Of a stretch of 64,000 nt of DNA, positions 18,419 to 25,727 are shown piece after piece; positions within the stretch are counted from its first letter, which is position 1; each line of letters opens with the position of its first letter. Position numbers and translations under genes: made by a program. The notes under the pieces were generated by a model. That model had not been told where the DNA came from. It was given only the letters and a program-made list of their open reading frames with translations, and ran no database searches. The stretch lies in the IMG/VR virus record IMGVR_UViG_3300037067_009690, positions 20,250 to 84,249 of that record. One strand, written 5' to 3'. This DNA comes from a virus (taxonomy: Duplodnaviria > Caudoviricetes).

Positions 18419-18622
18419 CTACGGGCAAGGCCAGATCAGGTCAGCGACAATCCTCAGGATGAACGCCGCGTACAACGCTATGCCGGAAGCAACCGCCAAC
18501 CGATACGCTCTTTCCGTATCCCCAGCCCGGCGGGCGTTACTTGACCGGACAGTCAATACCAGGGCAAGCACGATGCCCGGTGACGTCAGCATGTTGAGCA
18601 GGTAGCTTATCCGGTGGCTCAT
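18419..18622 (-). CDS. small 2-TM membrane protein
   Basis: hydrophobic helices; GGGGG RBS. Confidence 0.55.
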   Translation of the reverse strand: MSHRISYLLNMLTSPGIVLALVLTVRSSNARRAGDTERAYRLAVASGIALYAAFILRIVADLIWPCP

Positions 18623-18655
18623 CTTGTACCCCCTGAATGTTTCGGCTGATAGCGG

Positions 18656-18844
18656 TCAGGCATTTCCGCTGTGACATTGGCATTCAGTGTCGACTATCTC
18701 AGCAATCACCCTGCCCTCATGCACGTCTTTCACGCATCTTCCGTACTCGCACATTGTGCGTTCTGTCTTCATCCCTAGGCTGCGTTTCGCGGCCTCGTAC
18801 GCCGCGAGGGACTCAGGTGTCACCGGTTCGTCAACGTATGGCAT
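18656..18844 (-). CDS. hypothetical protein
   Basis: overlap-coupled ORF; Cys/His motif. Confidence 0.5.
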   Translation of the reverse strand: MPYVDEPVTPESLAAYEAAKRSLGMKTERTMCEYGRCVKDVHEGRVIAEIVDTECQCHSGNA

Positions 18845-19397
18845 AGCGCCGCAGCACCTCCGTGAGTTTCCCGAGGGCTAGGGCGACGCCCTCGGCCTTC
18901 GCGTGGAGCCGGGACGCCTCCGGGCCAGTCGCGGGATGCCTGCGCGCCATCGCGACCAGCGCCCCATAGTCGGCGTCCAGTCGCTGCGATAGGTCCATGA
19001 GGTCCGCGATGACCTCCCCCACGGACACCGTGGGGGTCAGCGGACGGGGGACGGGGGTGACGCTTTCGACCGTCGCTCTCAGCCTCACCATTGGCACCTG
19101 GACGGAATGCCCGTCCATAGCACCGACGACAGCGGCCATCTCCCTGGTCAGAGCGTCCGCTTCCCGGACGAGATCGTCCGTGTTGAGGTCGGCCCCACCG
19201 AGCTGTGTGTCGATGGTGCCAATGCGGTGGCCCATCTCGTCGTCGATGGCGAGGTAGACCATGTCATCAGCCGGGGCGGCCGTCTCTCCGTAGATGATCA
19301 CCCGAGGAGCGTGGCGCTCCTTGGCCGCGGAGTTGACACGGACAATCAGCGAGTCGATCAAGTTCGTGCGGAGCGACGCGTGCGTGGTGCCGGTCAT
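18831..19397 (-). CDS. hypothetical protein
   Basis: AAGGAG RBS before ATG 19397. Confidence 0.65.
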   Translation of the reverse strand: MTGTTHASLRTNLIDSLIVRVNSAAKERHAPRVIIYGETAAPADDMVYLAIDDEMGHRIGTIDTQLGGADLNTDDLVREADALTREMAAVVGAMDGHSVQVPMVRLRATVESVTPVPRPLTPTVSVGEVIADLMDLSQRLDADYGALVAMARRHPATGPEASRLHAKAEGVALALGKLTEVLRRYAIR

Positions 19398-19429
19398 GGT
19401 CGTGTCTCCTTCTCGGGTCTGCGGGTGTC

Positions 19430-19473
19430 CTGGTGTCCACGGCCGTCCACCCGCCGGGTGGGCGACCGAAGAC
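19430..19473 (-). repeat. conserved intergenic stem-loop, copy 3
   Basis: GTCTTCGGTCGCCCACCC..GGGTGGACGGCCGTGGACACCAGGA. Confidence 0.65.
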
Positions 19474-19474
19474 A

Positions 19475-19705
19475 TCAGATCCATTCGGCGAGATGTGCGG
19501 ACCGTCGGGCGACCCACGGGGTGCCGTCTGGGCCGGACCCGACGATCTGGAGCCGGCTGTCGTCCCACTCGGGGGACGACAGGTCCAGTGGGACGCCGCC
19601 GATGGCGCCTTCCGCGCACCCGAAGGACACAACATCGGATGGCGTGGACTCGGCGGTGAGCGCGTCGAGCGCGATGAGCCACTCGGTGCGGGTAGTGATG
19701 GTCAT
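19475..19705 (-). CDS. hypothetical protein
   Basis: AGGAGG RBS. Confidence 0.65.
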   Translation of the reverse strand: MTITTRTEWLIALDALTAESTPSDVVSFGCAEGAIGGVPLDLSSPEWDDSRLQIVGSGPDGTPWVARRSAHLAEWI

Positions 19706-19736
19706 GGCTGGCCTCCTGTGTTGCGGCGGGTGACTG

Positions 19737-19788
19737 GTGTGCTGTGCTGACACCACAGACACTACATCCATCCGGATGCACTGTCAAG
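19737..19788 (-). promoter_or_regulatory. early promoter P1
   Basis: TTGACA-17-TAGTGT, plus a leader nearly identical to P3. Confidence 0.8.
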
Positions 19789-20062
19789 CTGGTGCCTGGC
19801 GGGTCCTCGCGGACCCCCGGGACCTGGACTCCCCCCGGGGCCAGTTACCCGACCCGGGGCACGCGGCGACCCACGCCCGGAGCGTCGGCGCCAGCCAGCA
19901 CGGCGACCGGCCGACATACCCATCAGGGGCGGGACGCCTACCGCGCGAACCATACGATTTCCACGTGTGGATGGACATCGGGCGGCCCAGGTAGGTCAGG
20001 TAGTCGACGGCCTCCCCGTTGCCGAGGAGTGTGGTGTCGAGGGGCGGGGCGTAGGCGGTCAT
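19784..20062 (-). CDS. MerR/AlpA-like HTH DNA-binding protein (probable autoregulator)
   Basis: EA..YL...G.P.S..TWKSY.SRG..PAPDG.VGRSP.W...TL.AW...PGSG. Confidence 0.75.
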   Translation of the reverse strand: MTAYAPPLDTTLLGNGEAVDYLTYLGRPMSIHTWKSYGSRGRRPAPDGYVGRSPCWLAPTLRAWVAACPGSGNWPRGESRSRGSARTRQAPA

Positions 20063-20068
20063 GCCGAC

Positions 20069-20097
20069 ATGCTACATCCATCCGGTTGCAGGATCAA
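20069..20097 (-). promoter_or_regulatory. promoter P2 (leaderless mRNA for the HTH gene)
   Basis: TTGATC-17-TAGCAT, 6 nt before ATG. Confidence 0.7.
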
Positions 20098-20109
20098 TCT
20101 AGCGGGTGG

Positions 20110-20162
20110 CTTGACAGTGCACCCCAACGGATGTAGTGTCAGTGGTGTCAGCACAGGACACC
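20110..20162 (+). promoter_or_regulatory. early promoter P3
   Basis: TTGACA-17-TAGTGT; inverted near-copy of P1. Confidence 0.8.
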
Positions 20163-20180
20163 AGGCAGAAAGGCAAGACC

Positions 20181-20648
20181 ATGCGAGGCAATCCCAGCGA
20201 GTGGAAGCACCCCCAGGTCGCCGTCGCCGGGGAGTGGCACCCCGCCACCATCACCGCAGGACCCGGCAAAGACGGAACGTGGGGAGTCGAATACTCCCCT
20301 GGCCGCGGACGCCCCAGCCGCCGAATCCGAGTCACCTACGACCGGGTTCGCGACCAGGAGATGACGGCCCTGGAGGCCGCCCTCTACGGGCGCACCCCTG
20401 AGGACGCCTGCCGGAGATACGGGGTCACCGTCCGCGACGACCAGGTCACCGTCCGTGGCACCCACCTCCCGGAGCCCATGGCCCTCATGCGGGGCACCAA
20501 CGGCGAGTGGTACGTGGTCGCCGAGCACAAGCTCGCCCACGGAGACCCGTTGTCCAGCCTCGACAATGTCGCGGGTACCGGGTACCCGGACCAGCACACA
20601 GTGGCCCTCGCCTGGGCCATGGACCACTGCGACGTCCACGTCCGCTGA
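20181..20648 (+). CDS. hypothetical protein
   Basis: GAAAGG RBS downstream of P3. Confidence 0.7.
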   Translation: MRGNPSEWKHPQVAVAGEWHPATITAGPGKDGTWGVEYSPGRGRPSRRIRVTYDRVRDQEMTALEAALYGRTPEDACRRYGVTVRDDQVTVRGTHLPEPMALMRGTNGEWYVVAEHKLAHGDPLSSLDNVAGTGYPDQHTVALAWAMDHCDVHVR

Positions 20649-20998
20649 CCTCCCATGGTCGCCCCGGAGTGCGACCGGTCAGGTGGACCAGCACCGAGCA
20701 GGCAAGGGCGCACATGATCGTCCGGCACACCGGCACCGCCTGATCTATGCGGGCACGCGTGTCCGCCGCATTTCTGCCCGCAGCCATCCGGCCGGTCTCC
20801 CGACGAGGGGGCCGGCCGGTGGCGCGTCCACGGCCAGGTGACACCGGCACCGGCAGCCCGTGCACACATGCCGGTCACCAGGCCGCACATGGCCCGTCAC
20901 GGGCTGGGCGTCACGGCAATTCCGGGACAGGCCATCCGCCGCGAATACCGACATACCAGCATTGTAACCGGCAATGCGTGTATCGCGCACCTTGAATG

Positions 20999-21250
20999 TT
21001 AAGGGGATGGAATGCCATTGTTAGCCTCGCTGCGGCCGTCATTGGCCCATGATCTCCATGCGTGCGCGGACACCGTCGCGTACAACGCGGCGCCGGGAAT
21101 GAATCCCCACTGGCGGGTGACGCACGCGTACACGACCCACACGGCCTCTGTGGCCATGGTCACGGCCCACCCGACGGCGAGGCGCCGGCCGGTCAGCCAC
21201 AGGCCGAGGCCACCGAGCCCGGACAGGACCCACGACCACCAGACGCTCAC
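20999..21250 (-). CDS. small 3-TM membrane protein (PnuC-like as annotated in actinophages)
   Basis: WSWVL...G..GLWL.GR...GW....E.VW..YA..T.QWGFIPGA..Y..V....W. Confidence 0.65.
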   Translation of the reverse strand: MSVWWSWVLSGLGGLGLWLTGRRLAVGWAVTMATEAVWVVYACVTRQWGFIPGAALYATVSAHAWRSWANDGRSEANNGIPSP

Positions 21251-21639
21251 CGGGCCCATCCGGGTAGGTCTGGTGTCGCGGGGAGGCCATGCGCGGCGGG
21301 GTCGACGGGCGTGAGGCCGCCGTCGTCGTCGAGGAGCCACCATCCGGTGCCGAGCCACGCGGGGACGTCGGCGGGCTGGCGCGGGTCACGGAGGAGGATC
21401 CACCCGAGCGAGGCGGCACCCGGCCGGTCCTGATGCGCGGCCATGTGCAGCCGGTGGCACACATGCAGGCCGTTGCTGGCGACCCACGCCCCGGAGTGAC
21501 TGCGGTGGACCCGGTGCGACCAGTCCGTCGCCCGGTGCCCGCCGTGGACCTCACACACGCCACCAGACCGGGACCGGACCAGGGCACGCGCCCGCCGCTC
21601 AGCAGCCGCGACAACCGCCCGCCGGGCCACCAACGTCAC
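21247..21639 (-). CDS. HNH-family endonuclease (degenerate)
   Basis: RSGG.CE...HR..RSHSGAW..SNGL.VC...H...GW...P..VP..L...W.LLDDDG. Confidence 0.7.
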   Translation of the reverse strand: MTLVARRAVVAAAERRARALVRSRSGGVCEVHGGHRATDWSHRVHRSHSGAWVASNGLHVCHRLHMAAHQDRPGAASLGWILLRDPRQPADVPAWLGTGWWLLDDDGGLTPVDPAAHGLPATPDLPGWAR

Positions 21640-22010
21640 GGCTGGTCCCCCTGGTGGCCGCAGTGGCAGCCTTCGGCGCAGCAGGTGTCTTGGCGGTCGG
21701 TGTCGCCGTCGGTGTCGTGAAGGAAAGCTGCATGCGGGCAGCGCGGGGTGTTAGGGCATAGCCATGGAGAAGGCCACGAGGCGTCCTCCTGGTATCCGCG
21801 GGTGCGGTGGGCGGTGACGGCGTCCAGGCACGTATCCAGGGCCCCGCGGTGGTCGCCGGCGCCGCCGCTGGCTACGACCAGCGCACCGTTGCGGCACGCG
21901 TCCTGCCGGTCGGAGTCGGTGACCTCCCAGAACCACACCAGCCAGCCCGCGGCCATCTCACGCCACACGCGCCCGCGCACCGGATGCTCGGCGTTTGTTG
22001 TGTCAAGCAT
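21636..22010 (-). CDS. hypothetical protein
   Basis: ORF with Cys/His-rich C-terminus. Confidence 0.55.
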   Translation of the reverse strand: MLDTTNAEHPVRGRVWREMAAGWLVWFWEVTDSDRQDACRNGALVVASGGAGDHRGALDTCLDAVTAHRTRGYQEDASWPSPWLCPNTPRCPHAAFLHDTDGDTDRQDTCCAEGCHCGHQGDQP

Positions 22011-22025
22011 CTTTTTGTCTCACGT

Positions 22026-22101
22026 CTTTCGTGTGGATCCCCTGCCCTGCCCCGCCCGGCCAAGCCATGACTAGCCGCGCAGCGCCCAGCCACGCCATGC
22101 G
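22026..22101 (-). ncRNA. GGY-NN pentamer array unit C (putative guide RNA)
   Basis: CGCAT GGCGT GGCTG GGCGC TGCGC GGCTA GTCAT GGCTT GGCCG GGCGG GGCAG GGCAG plus tail GGGATCCACACGAAAG. Confidence 0.75.
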
Positions 22102-22104
22102 ACG

Positions 22105-22680
22105 TTATTGGCCCCCGATTTCACCGGTGTTCTCGTCAACGGTTTCCCCTGCAACCGTGACACGATCAGGCACACTAATACCCTGCGACTGTAGAGCAGC
22201 GACCAGGACATCGTATTTGTCGTCGACCTGGGTGACAGTTCTCCTGAGGTCAGCGATCTGGGTTTCATGCCGGTCAAGGACGGACGCCTGAAACACTAAG
22301 GCGTCAGTGAACGCGTCGATGCTCTTGCGTTGAGCGATGGATAGTTCGTTGCGGTCGACATGCGTGGTCGTCGCTACAGCTGACCGCATGCGGCGCCGGG
22401 CGCTTTTCTGGTAACCGCGGGCCTTAACTTCATGCTCGGATGCGTGGGCGATCTTGTATCCTACTCCGCGGACGGCTATGAGCATCCTGGATCGTTTGGT
22501 GAGGAGTTCTTGTCCGGCGCGTGCGATGGGGGTGCGTGATGCGCCTTGTTTCGCTGGGTTGTAGCCGAGGAGTTCGGTGAGGGTGTCGTAGGTGATGATG
22601 TCGCCTGGTTTAAGTTCTGCGGCGTGGTCGTATATTTCGCGCCACCTTGCGCGTGCCCCGGATGATTTAAATGGTGCCAC
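22105..22680 (-). CDS. winged-HTH-like DNA-binding protein with coiled coil (RAMP-associated)
   Basis: AAAGGAA RBS, GTG start; KPGDIITYDTL.ELLG...R..I.RA..EL...L.AVRGVGY. Confidence 0.75.
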   Translation of the reverse strand: MAPFKSSGARARWREIYDHAAELKPGDIITYDTLTELLGYNPAKQGASRTPIARAGQELLTKRSRMLIAVRGVGYKIAHASEHEVKARGYQKSARRRMRSAVATTTHVDRNELSIAQRKSIDAFTDALVFQASVLDRHETQIADLRRTVTQVDDKYDVLVAALQSQGISVPDRVTVAGETVDENTGEIGGQ

Positions 22681-22690
22681 GATGTGGTTC

Positions 22691-22756
22691 CTTTCGTGTG
22701 GATCCCCTGCCGAGCCTCGCCGTGCCATGCCATGGCGCGCCACGCCCCACCTCGCC
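22691..22756 (-). ncRNA. GGY-NN pentamer array unit B (putative guide RNA)
   Basis: GGCGA GGTGG GGCGT GGCGC GCCAT GGCAT GGCAC GGCGA GGCTC GGCAG plus tail GGGATCCACACGAAAG. Confidence 0.75.
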
Positions 22757-22757
22757 G

Positions 22758-22796
22758 TGCGATGGGCCGGAGTCGAACCGGCCATACGACCATCAC
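22758..22796 (-). ncRNA. tRNA-like minihelix (acceptor stem plus T arm)
   Basis: GTGATGG/CCATCGC 7-bp stem, GCCGG-TTCGACT-CCGGC T arm, discriminator A; no D or anticodon arm. Confidence 0.6.
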
Positions 22797-22809
22797 CGCA
22801 ACACACCCG

Positions 22810-23475
22810 TCAATCCTGATCCCAGTCTGCCGCCGAAATACCCTCGACAACAACAGGACCCAGATCAACAACACGCGCCCAGAATCGGCCATACCCGCCG
22901 CGCCTGAAATCACCGAGCCCAACGAACCGGCCCGCCCTGTCAGCGATGTCCACCAACTCATCGACATCAACAACAGTCTCATCGGACAGGAAATGGCACG
23001 ACAACCGCCACGACCGGAATATTGGCCTTACCCTGACGTTACGCGCTTGCCCGACTTTCACGGTCTGCCGAGACACGAAGTTGCTGTCTTCACACAGGAC
23101 TTCCGCAGTAGCCCCGACCGGATACCCGTCTGAGTCTTTTCTCGGCCACTTGAACCCGAGTCTACATGTGAAGTCGATGAGGGTGAGTCCCCGTTCGATT
23201 TTCATACCGGATTTCGTCATGCGCGCTCCCTCGGTGAGGGATTTCGCGACGTTCCTGCCCGGTAGGACCGGTGACCCGTTGTGGTCTACGTACAGTCCGG
23301 CCGCGTATTCCAGCCGGCCGATTTCTTCGTAGTCGCTGATAGTTTTCGTGCGTTTCCCGGATACTTTCTTGAATACCTTGGTTCGTTCGTCGAGCGGGTC
23401 GGCGAGCGTGTCGCAGTGCATGAGTAGTGGTGTCTTGCCTTTTATGTCGACTCGTACGTTACGCAATACGCCCAT
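22810..23475 (-). CDS. Cas7/RAMP-like protein (Vipr-like candidate)
   Basis: V.IKGKTPLLMH...ADPLD...K.SGKR.KT..D..EIGRLEY.AGLY...P.LP..N...TVKVGQARNVRVRPIF.SW...C-terminal Gly loop GRFVGLGDFRRGGYGRF. Confidence 0.75.
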   Translation of the reverse strand: MGVLRNVRVDIKGKTPLLMHCDTLADPLDERTKVFKKVSGKRTKTISDYEEIGRLEYAAGLYVDHNGSPVLPGRNVAKSLTEGARMTKSGMKIERGLTLIDFTCRLGFKWPRKDSDGYPVGATAEVLCEDSNFVSRQTVKVGQARNVRVRPIFRSWRLSCHFLSDETVVDVDELVDIADRAGRFVGLGDFRRGGYGRFWARVVDLGPVVVEGISAADWDQD

Positions 23476-23480
23476 CCCGT

Positions 23481-23546
23481 CTCTCGTGTGGATCCCCTGC
23501 CCTGCCTCGCCTCGCCAAGCCATGCCTGGCCACACCCTGCCCCGCA
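23481..23546 (-). ncRNA. GGY-NN pentamer array unit A (putative guide RNA)
   Basis: TGCGG GGCAG GGTGT GGCCA GGCAT GGCTT GGCGA GGCGA GGCAG GGCAG plus tail GGGATCCACACGAGAG. Confidence 0.75.
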
Positions 23547-23696
23547 TGCACATCATACGCGCGGATGCGGCTCGCCACGCGCAAGAAACGCGTGAACACC
23601 TAAATTAAGTTGCCGCCCCATGTAGCATTCTGGTCAATCAATGGCTTACCTTCGCTTATCGCGCAAACGGGTATGCCATCAGACGAAACAATCGCC

Positions 23697-24161
23697 TCAC
23701 GGCGCACCGCCGAGGCAGTCGGGGCACCAGCCTGCGACACGGCCCGTCCCAGGCACCGTGACACGGACACCCGCCAGAGCCGACCTCGCCACACCCGCCC
23801 GGTCAGCGACCGCCATGGACCGGACCACACCCGCCGCGGCGCACGGCGCGAGAGCCGCATGCACCAGGTCCGTCAGCTCCCACAGGCTGTCATCGCGGTC
23901 CACGCGGTGCCGGACATGCACCGCGCCCGCTGCGGTGACCACGGCGGCGCGATGCCGCCTGACGGCCTGCTCAGCGACAGTCACGACCTCCCGGACCAGG
24001 CCGTGGGAGTCGACGACCACACCGGCGACGCCCCCCGGGATGTCGGGCACCCACCACCAGCCCCACCCGGACACACCAAGGTCTGGGCCACGGTCCACGA
24101 CCACACCGGGGCCGTGACCCGGTAGGTCCAGGACCATCCCAGGCGCCACGGCCGGCGTCAC
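23697..24161 (-). CDS. hypothetical protein
   Basis: GTGA coupling. Confidence 0.5.
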   Translation of the reverse strand: MTPAVAPGMVLDLPGHGPGVVVDRGPDLGVSGWGWWWVPDIPGGVAGVVVDSHGLVREVVTVAEQAVRRHRAAVVTAAGAVHVRHRVDRDDSLWELTDLVHAALAPCAAAGVVRSMAVADRAGVARSALAGVRVTVPGTGRVAGWCPDCLGGAP

Positions 24162-24412
24162 AGCCCGGCCCCGAGGTGCGCGTGAGCCGCCGGGCACCTG
24201 CGCCCGGATAGGGCACACACCGGGACGCCGAGGACCTCCGCCAGGTCCAGGGCCCGCAGCAGCGTTGGGTTCCTTGAGCCGGCCTCCCACGACACGACGG
24301 TGCCGGGTGCGACGTGCATCCTGGCGGCCAGCCCAGCCGTGGACATGCCGCGGGCGTGACGGGCCGCCTGGATCGCGCGTCCGACCTGCCGCGCCGACAC
24401 CCCGGCGATCAC
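24158..24412 (-). CDS. XRE-family HTH protein
   Basis: GRAIQAARHARGMS.AGLAARM.V...TV.SWEAG.RNP.L..L.EVLGV. Confidence 0.85.
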   Translation of the reverse strand: MIAGVSARQVGRAIQAARHARGMSTAGLAARMHVAPGTVVSWEAGSRNPTLLRALDLAEVLGVPVCALSGRRCPAAHAHLGAGL

Positions 24413-25131
24413 CGGGGGACACCATCCTCCGTCGCGCGCCGGGCTGGCCCGGGGCAGGGGTCGGCATGCTGCGTGGACCGGAGGCCGCCGGTGCCACACG
24501 CGGGGCACATCCCGGTCCAAGGCTGGCCGTGAGCCGACGTGCGACACAGGGTCCCGTGCGTCGCGGCGGAACCGGCCATGGCCCGGGCGACAACCTGCTC
24601 GGCGGTCTCCACAGGCACCGTGGCCCGCGCAGCCACCGCGCCCGGCGTCCCCAGCGACGACCGGCCGATCAGGTCACGGATGTCCGCGTCGGCGATGCTG
24701 CGGGACGACTCCGGGGCCGTCCCGGGGATCCGCACGGGCCAGTGCCGTCCGTCCGGGGTGGTGATCACCCAGTCGCCGGGGCACACGATGGTGCTCTCGA
24801 TCCACCCGTGGTCCCGGATGACCCTCCCGCATGCGCCGCACACGTGATCCTCGTCCCGGGTGGGGTGGACTCCGGCAGTGACGGAGGGGTGGTCACCGGA
24901 GCACCACCACTGAACCGCGGTGGCCTTCCCTGGCGTGTCCACCCTCAGGATCTCCGGTGTCCCAACACCCTCCCTGCGGCCGGTGACGATCAGGACCCTG
25001 GCACCGTCTGGACCGACCTGGGTATCCGCGAGACGACACGTCCCGGAGCACACGAGCACGTAATTGTCCTCGATGGTGCATGTTCCGGTCTCACCCGTGT
25101 CCTGGTCAGTGGCGGTGACAATCGTGGCCAT
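24409..25131 (-). CDS. hypothetical multi-domain phage protein
   Basis: HGWIE...VCPGDWVIT motif; TGATG coupling. Confidence 0.65.
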   Translation of the reverse strand: MATIVTATDQDTGETGTCTIEDNYVLVCSGTCRLADTQVGPDGARVLIVTGRREGVGTPEILRVDTPGKATAVQWWCSGDHPSVTAGVHPTRDEDHVCGACGRVIRDHGWIESTIVCPGDWVITTPDGRHWPVRIPGTAPESSRSIADADIRDLIGRSSLGTPGAVAARATVPVETAEQVVARAMAGSAATHGTLCRTSAHGQPWTGMCPACGTGGLRSTQHADPCPGPARRATEDGVPR

Positions 25132-25727
25132 CAGTTCTCCTCAACGGTGGTGGGCGCCCGGAATATCGTGTCCCGGTACGCCTTGAGTTCAGCGATCGTG
25201 TCGAGGCAGTCCGGGATAACCCGGTGCTTCTTCTCCGGGTGCAGGCCGAAATCCGTGCCCGGATACCAGCGTGCCGCTAATTCCCTGATAGACGACACGT
25301 CAATGATCCGATAGTGGAAGAACCCCTCAAGCTCCGGCATTCGCGCGTTGAGCCACGTCCTGTCGAACCGCACCGATGACCCGGTCAACGGCATTGTCCC
25401 TGGTGCGACACCCCACTCCCGGAGCCAGTCCAGCGCGGACCCCACTATGTCGATGCGGTCCGTGTCACCTCCCCCGGCGCAGTCGTCCCACAGCCCGGAG
25501 ACGTCGTGCATGTCCCGGACACGATCGGAGCAGCACTCCCGGATCCATTCGAGCTGGCCATGGGGGTGGCCGAGGACCGCGGACCATGCACTGATCGGGG
25601 CCAGGTCCTGGCCGACGAGGACCATCCCGACCTCCAGGATCAGCCCGCCGTTGTGCAGGCCACCGGGGGCCGCGTCAGGCAGGCCGGTGGTCTCGATGTC
25701 GATGACGATCTGCCGGGTGTCGGTCAC
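25131..25727 (-). CDS. orn: oligoribonuclease (Orn-like DEDDh exonuclease)
   Basis: IDIETTGL, LILEVG, MH..SGL, GSSV.FDR..L...MPELE.FFHYRIIDVSSI.ELA.RWYP, KKHR...DC..TI.EL..YR. Confidence 0.88.
   Translation of the reverse strand: MTDTRQIVIDIETTGLPDAAPGGLHNGGLILEVGMVLVGQDLAPISAWSAVLGHPHGQLEWIRECCSDRVRDMHDVSGLWDDCAGGGDTDRIDIVGSALDWLREWGVAPGTMPLTGSSVRFDRTWLNARMPELEGFFHYRIIDVSSIRELAARWYPGTDFGLHPEKKHRVIPDCLDTIAELKAYRDTIFRAPTTVEEN

Noticed and set aside
22758-22796. tRNA gene
   Set aside because: Only the acceptor stem and T arm are present; no D arm, anticodon arm or CCA
22026-23546. Classical CRISPR array
   Set aside because: No 25-40 bp direct repeats with unique spacers and no cas1/cas2; periodicity is 5 nt
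23476-23556. N-terminal extension MMCMRGRVWPGMAWRGEAGQG of the RAMP ORF (and similar ARHGMARRG / WRGWALRG peptides)
   Set aside because: These are translations of the GGY-NN pentamer arrays; the plausible starts lie downstream of the shared tail (ATG 23475, GTG 22680)
23600-23860. 86-aa ORF upstream of the RAMP cassette
   Set aside because: Overlaps the 23697 gene out of frame; the remainder is AT-rich and more likely the cassette promoter region
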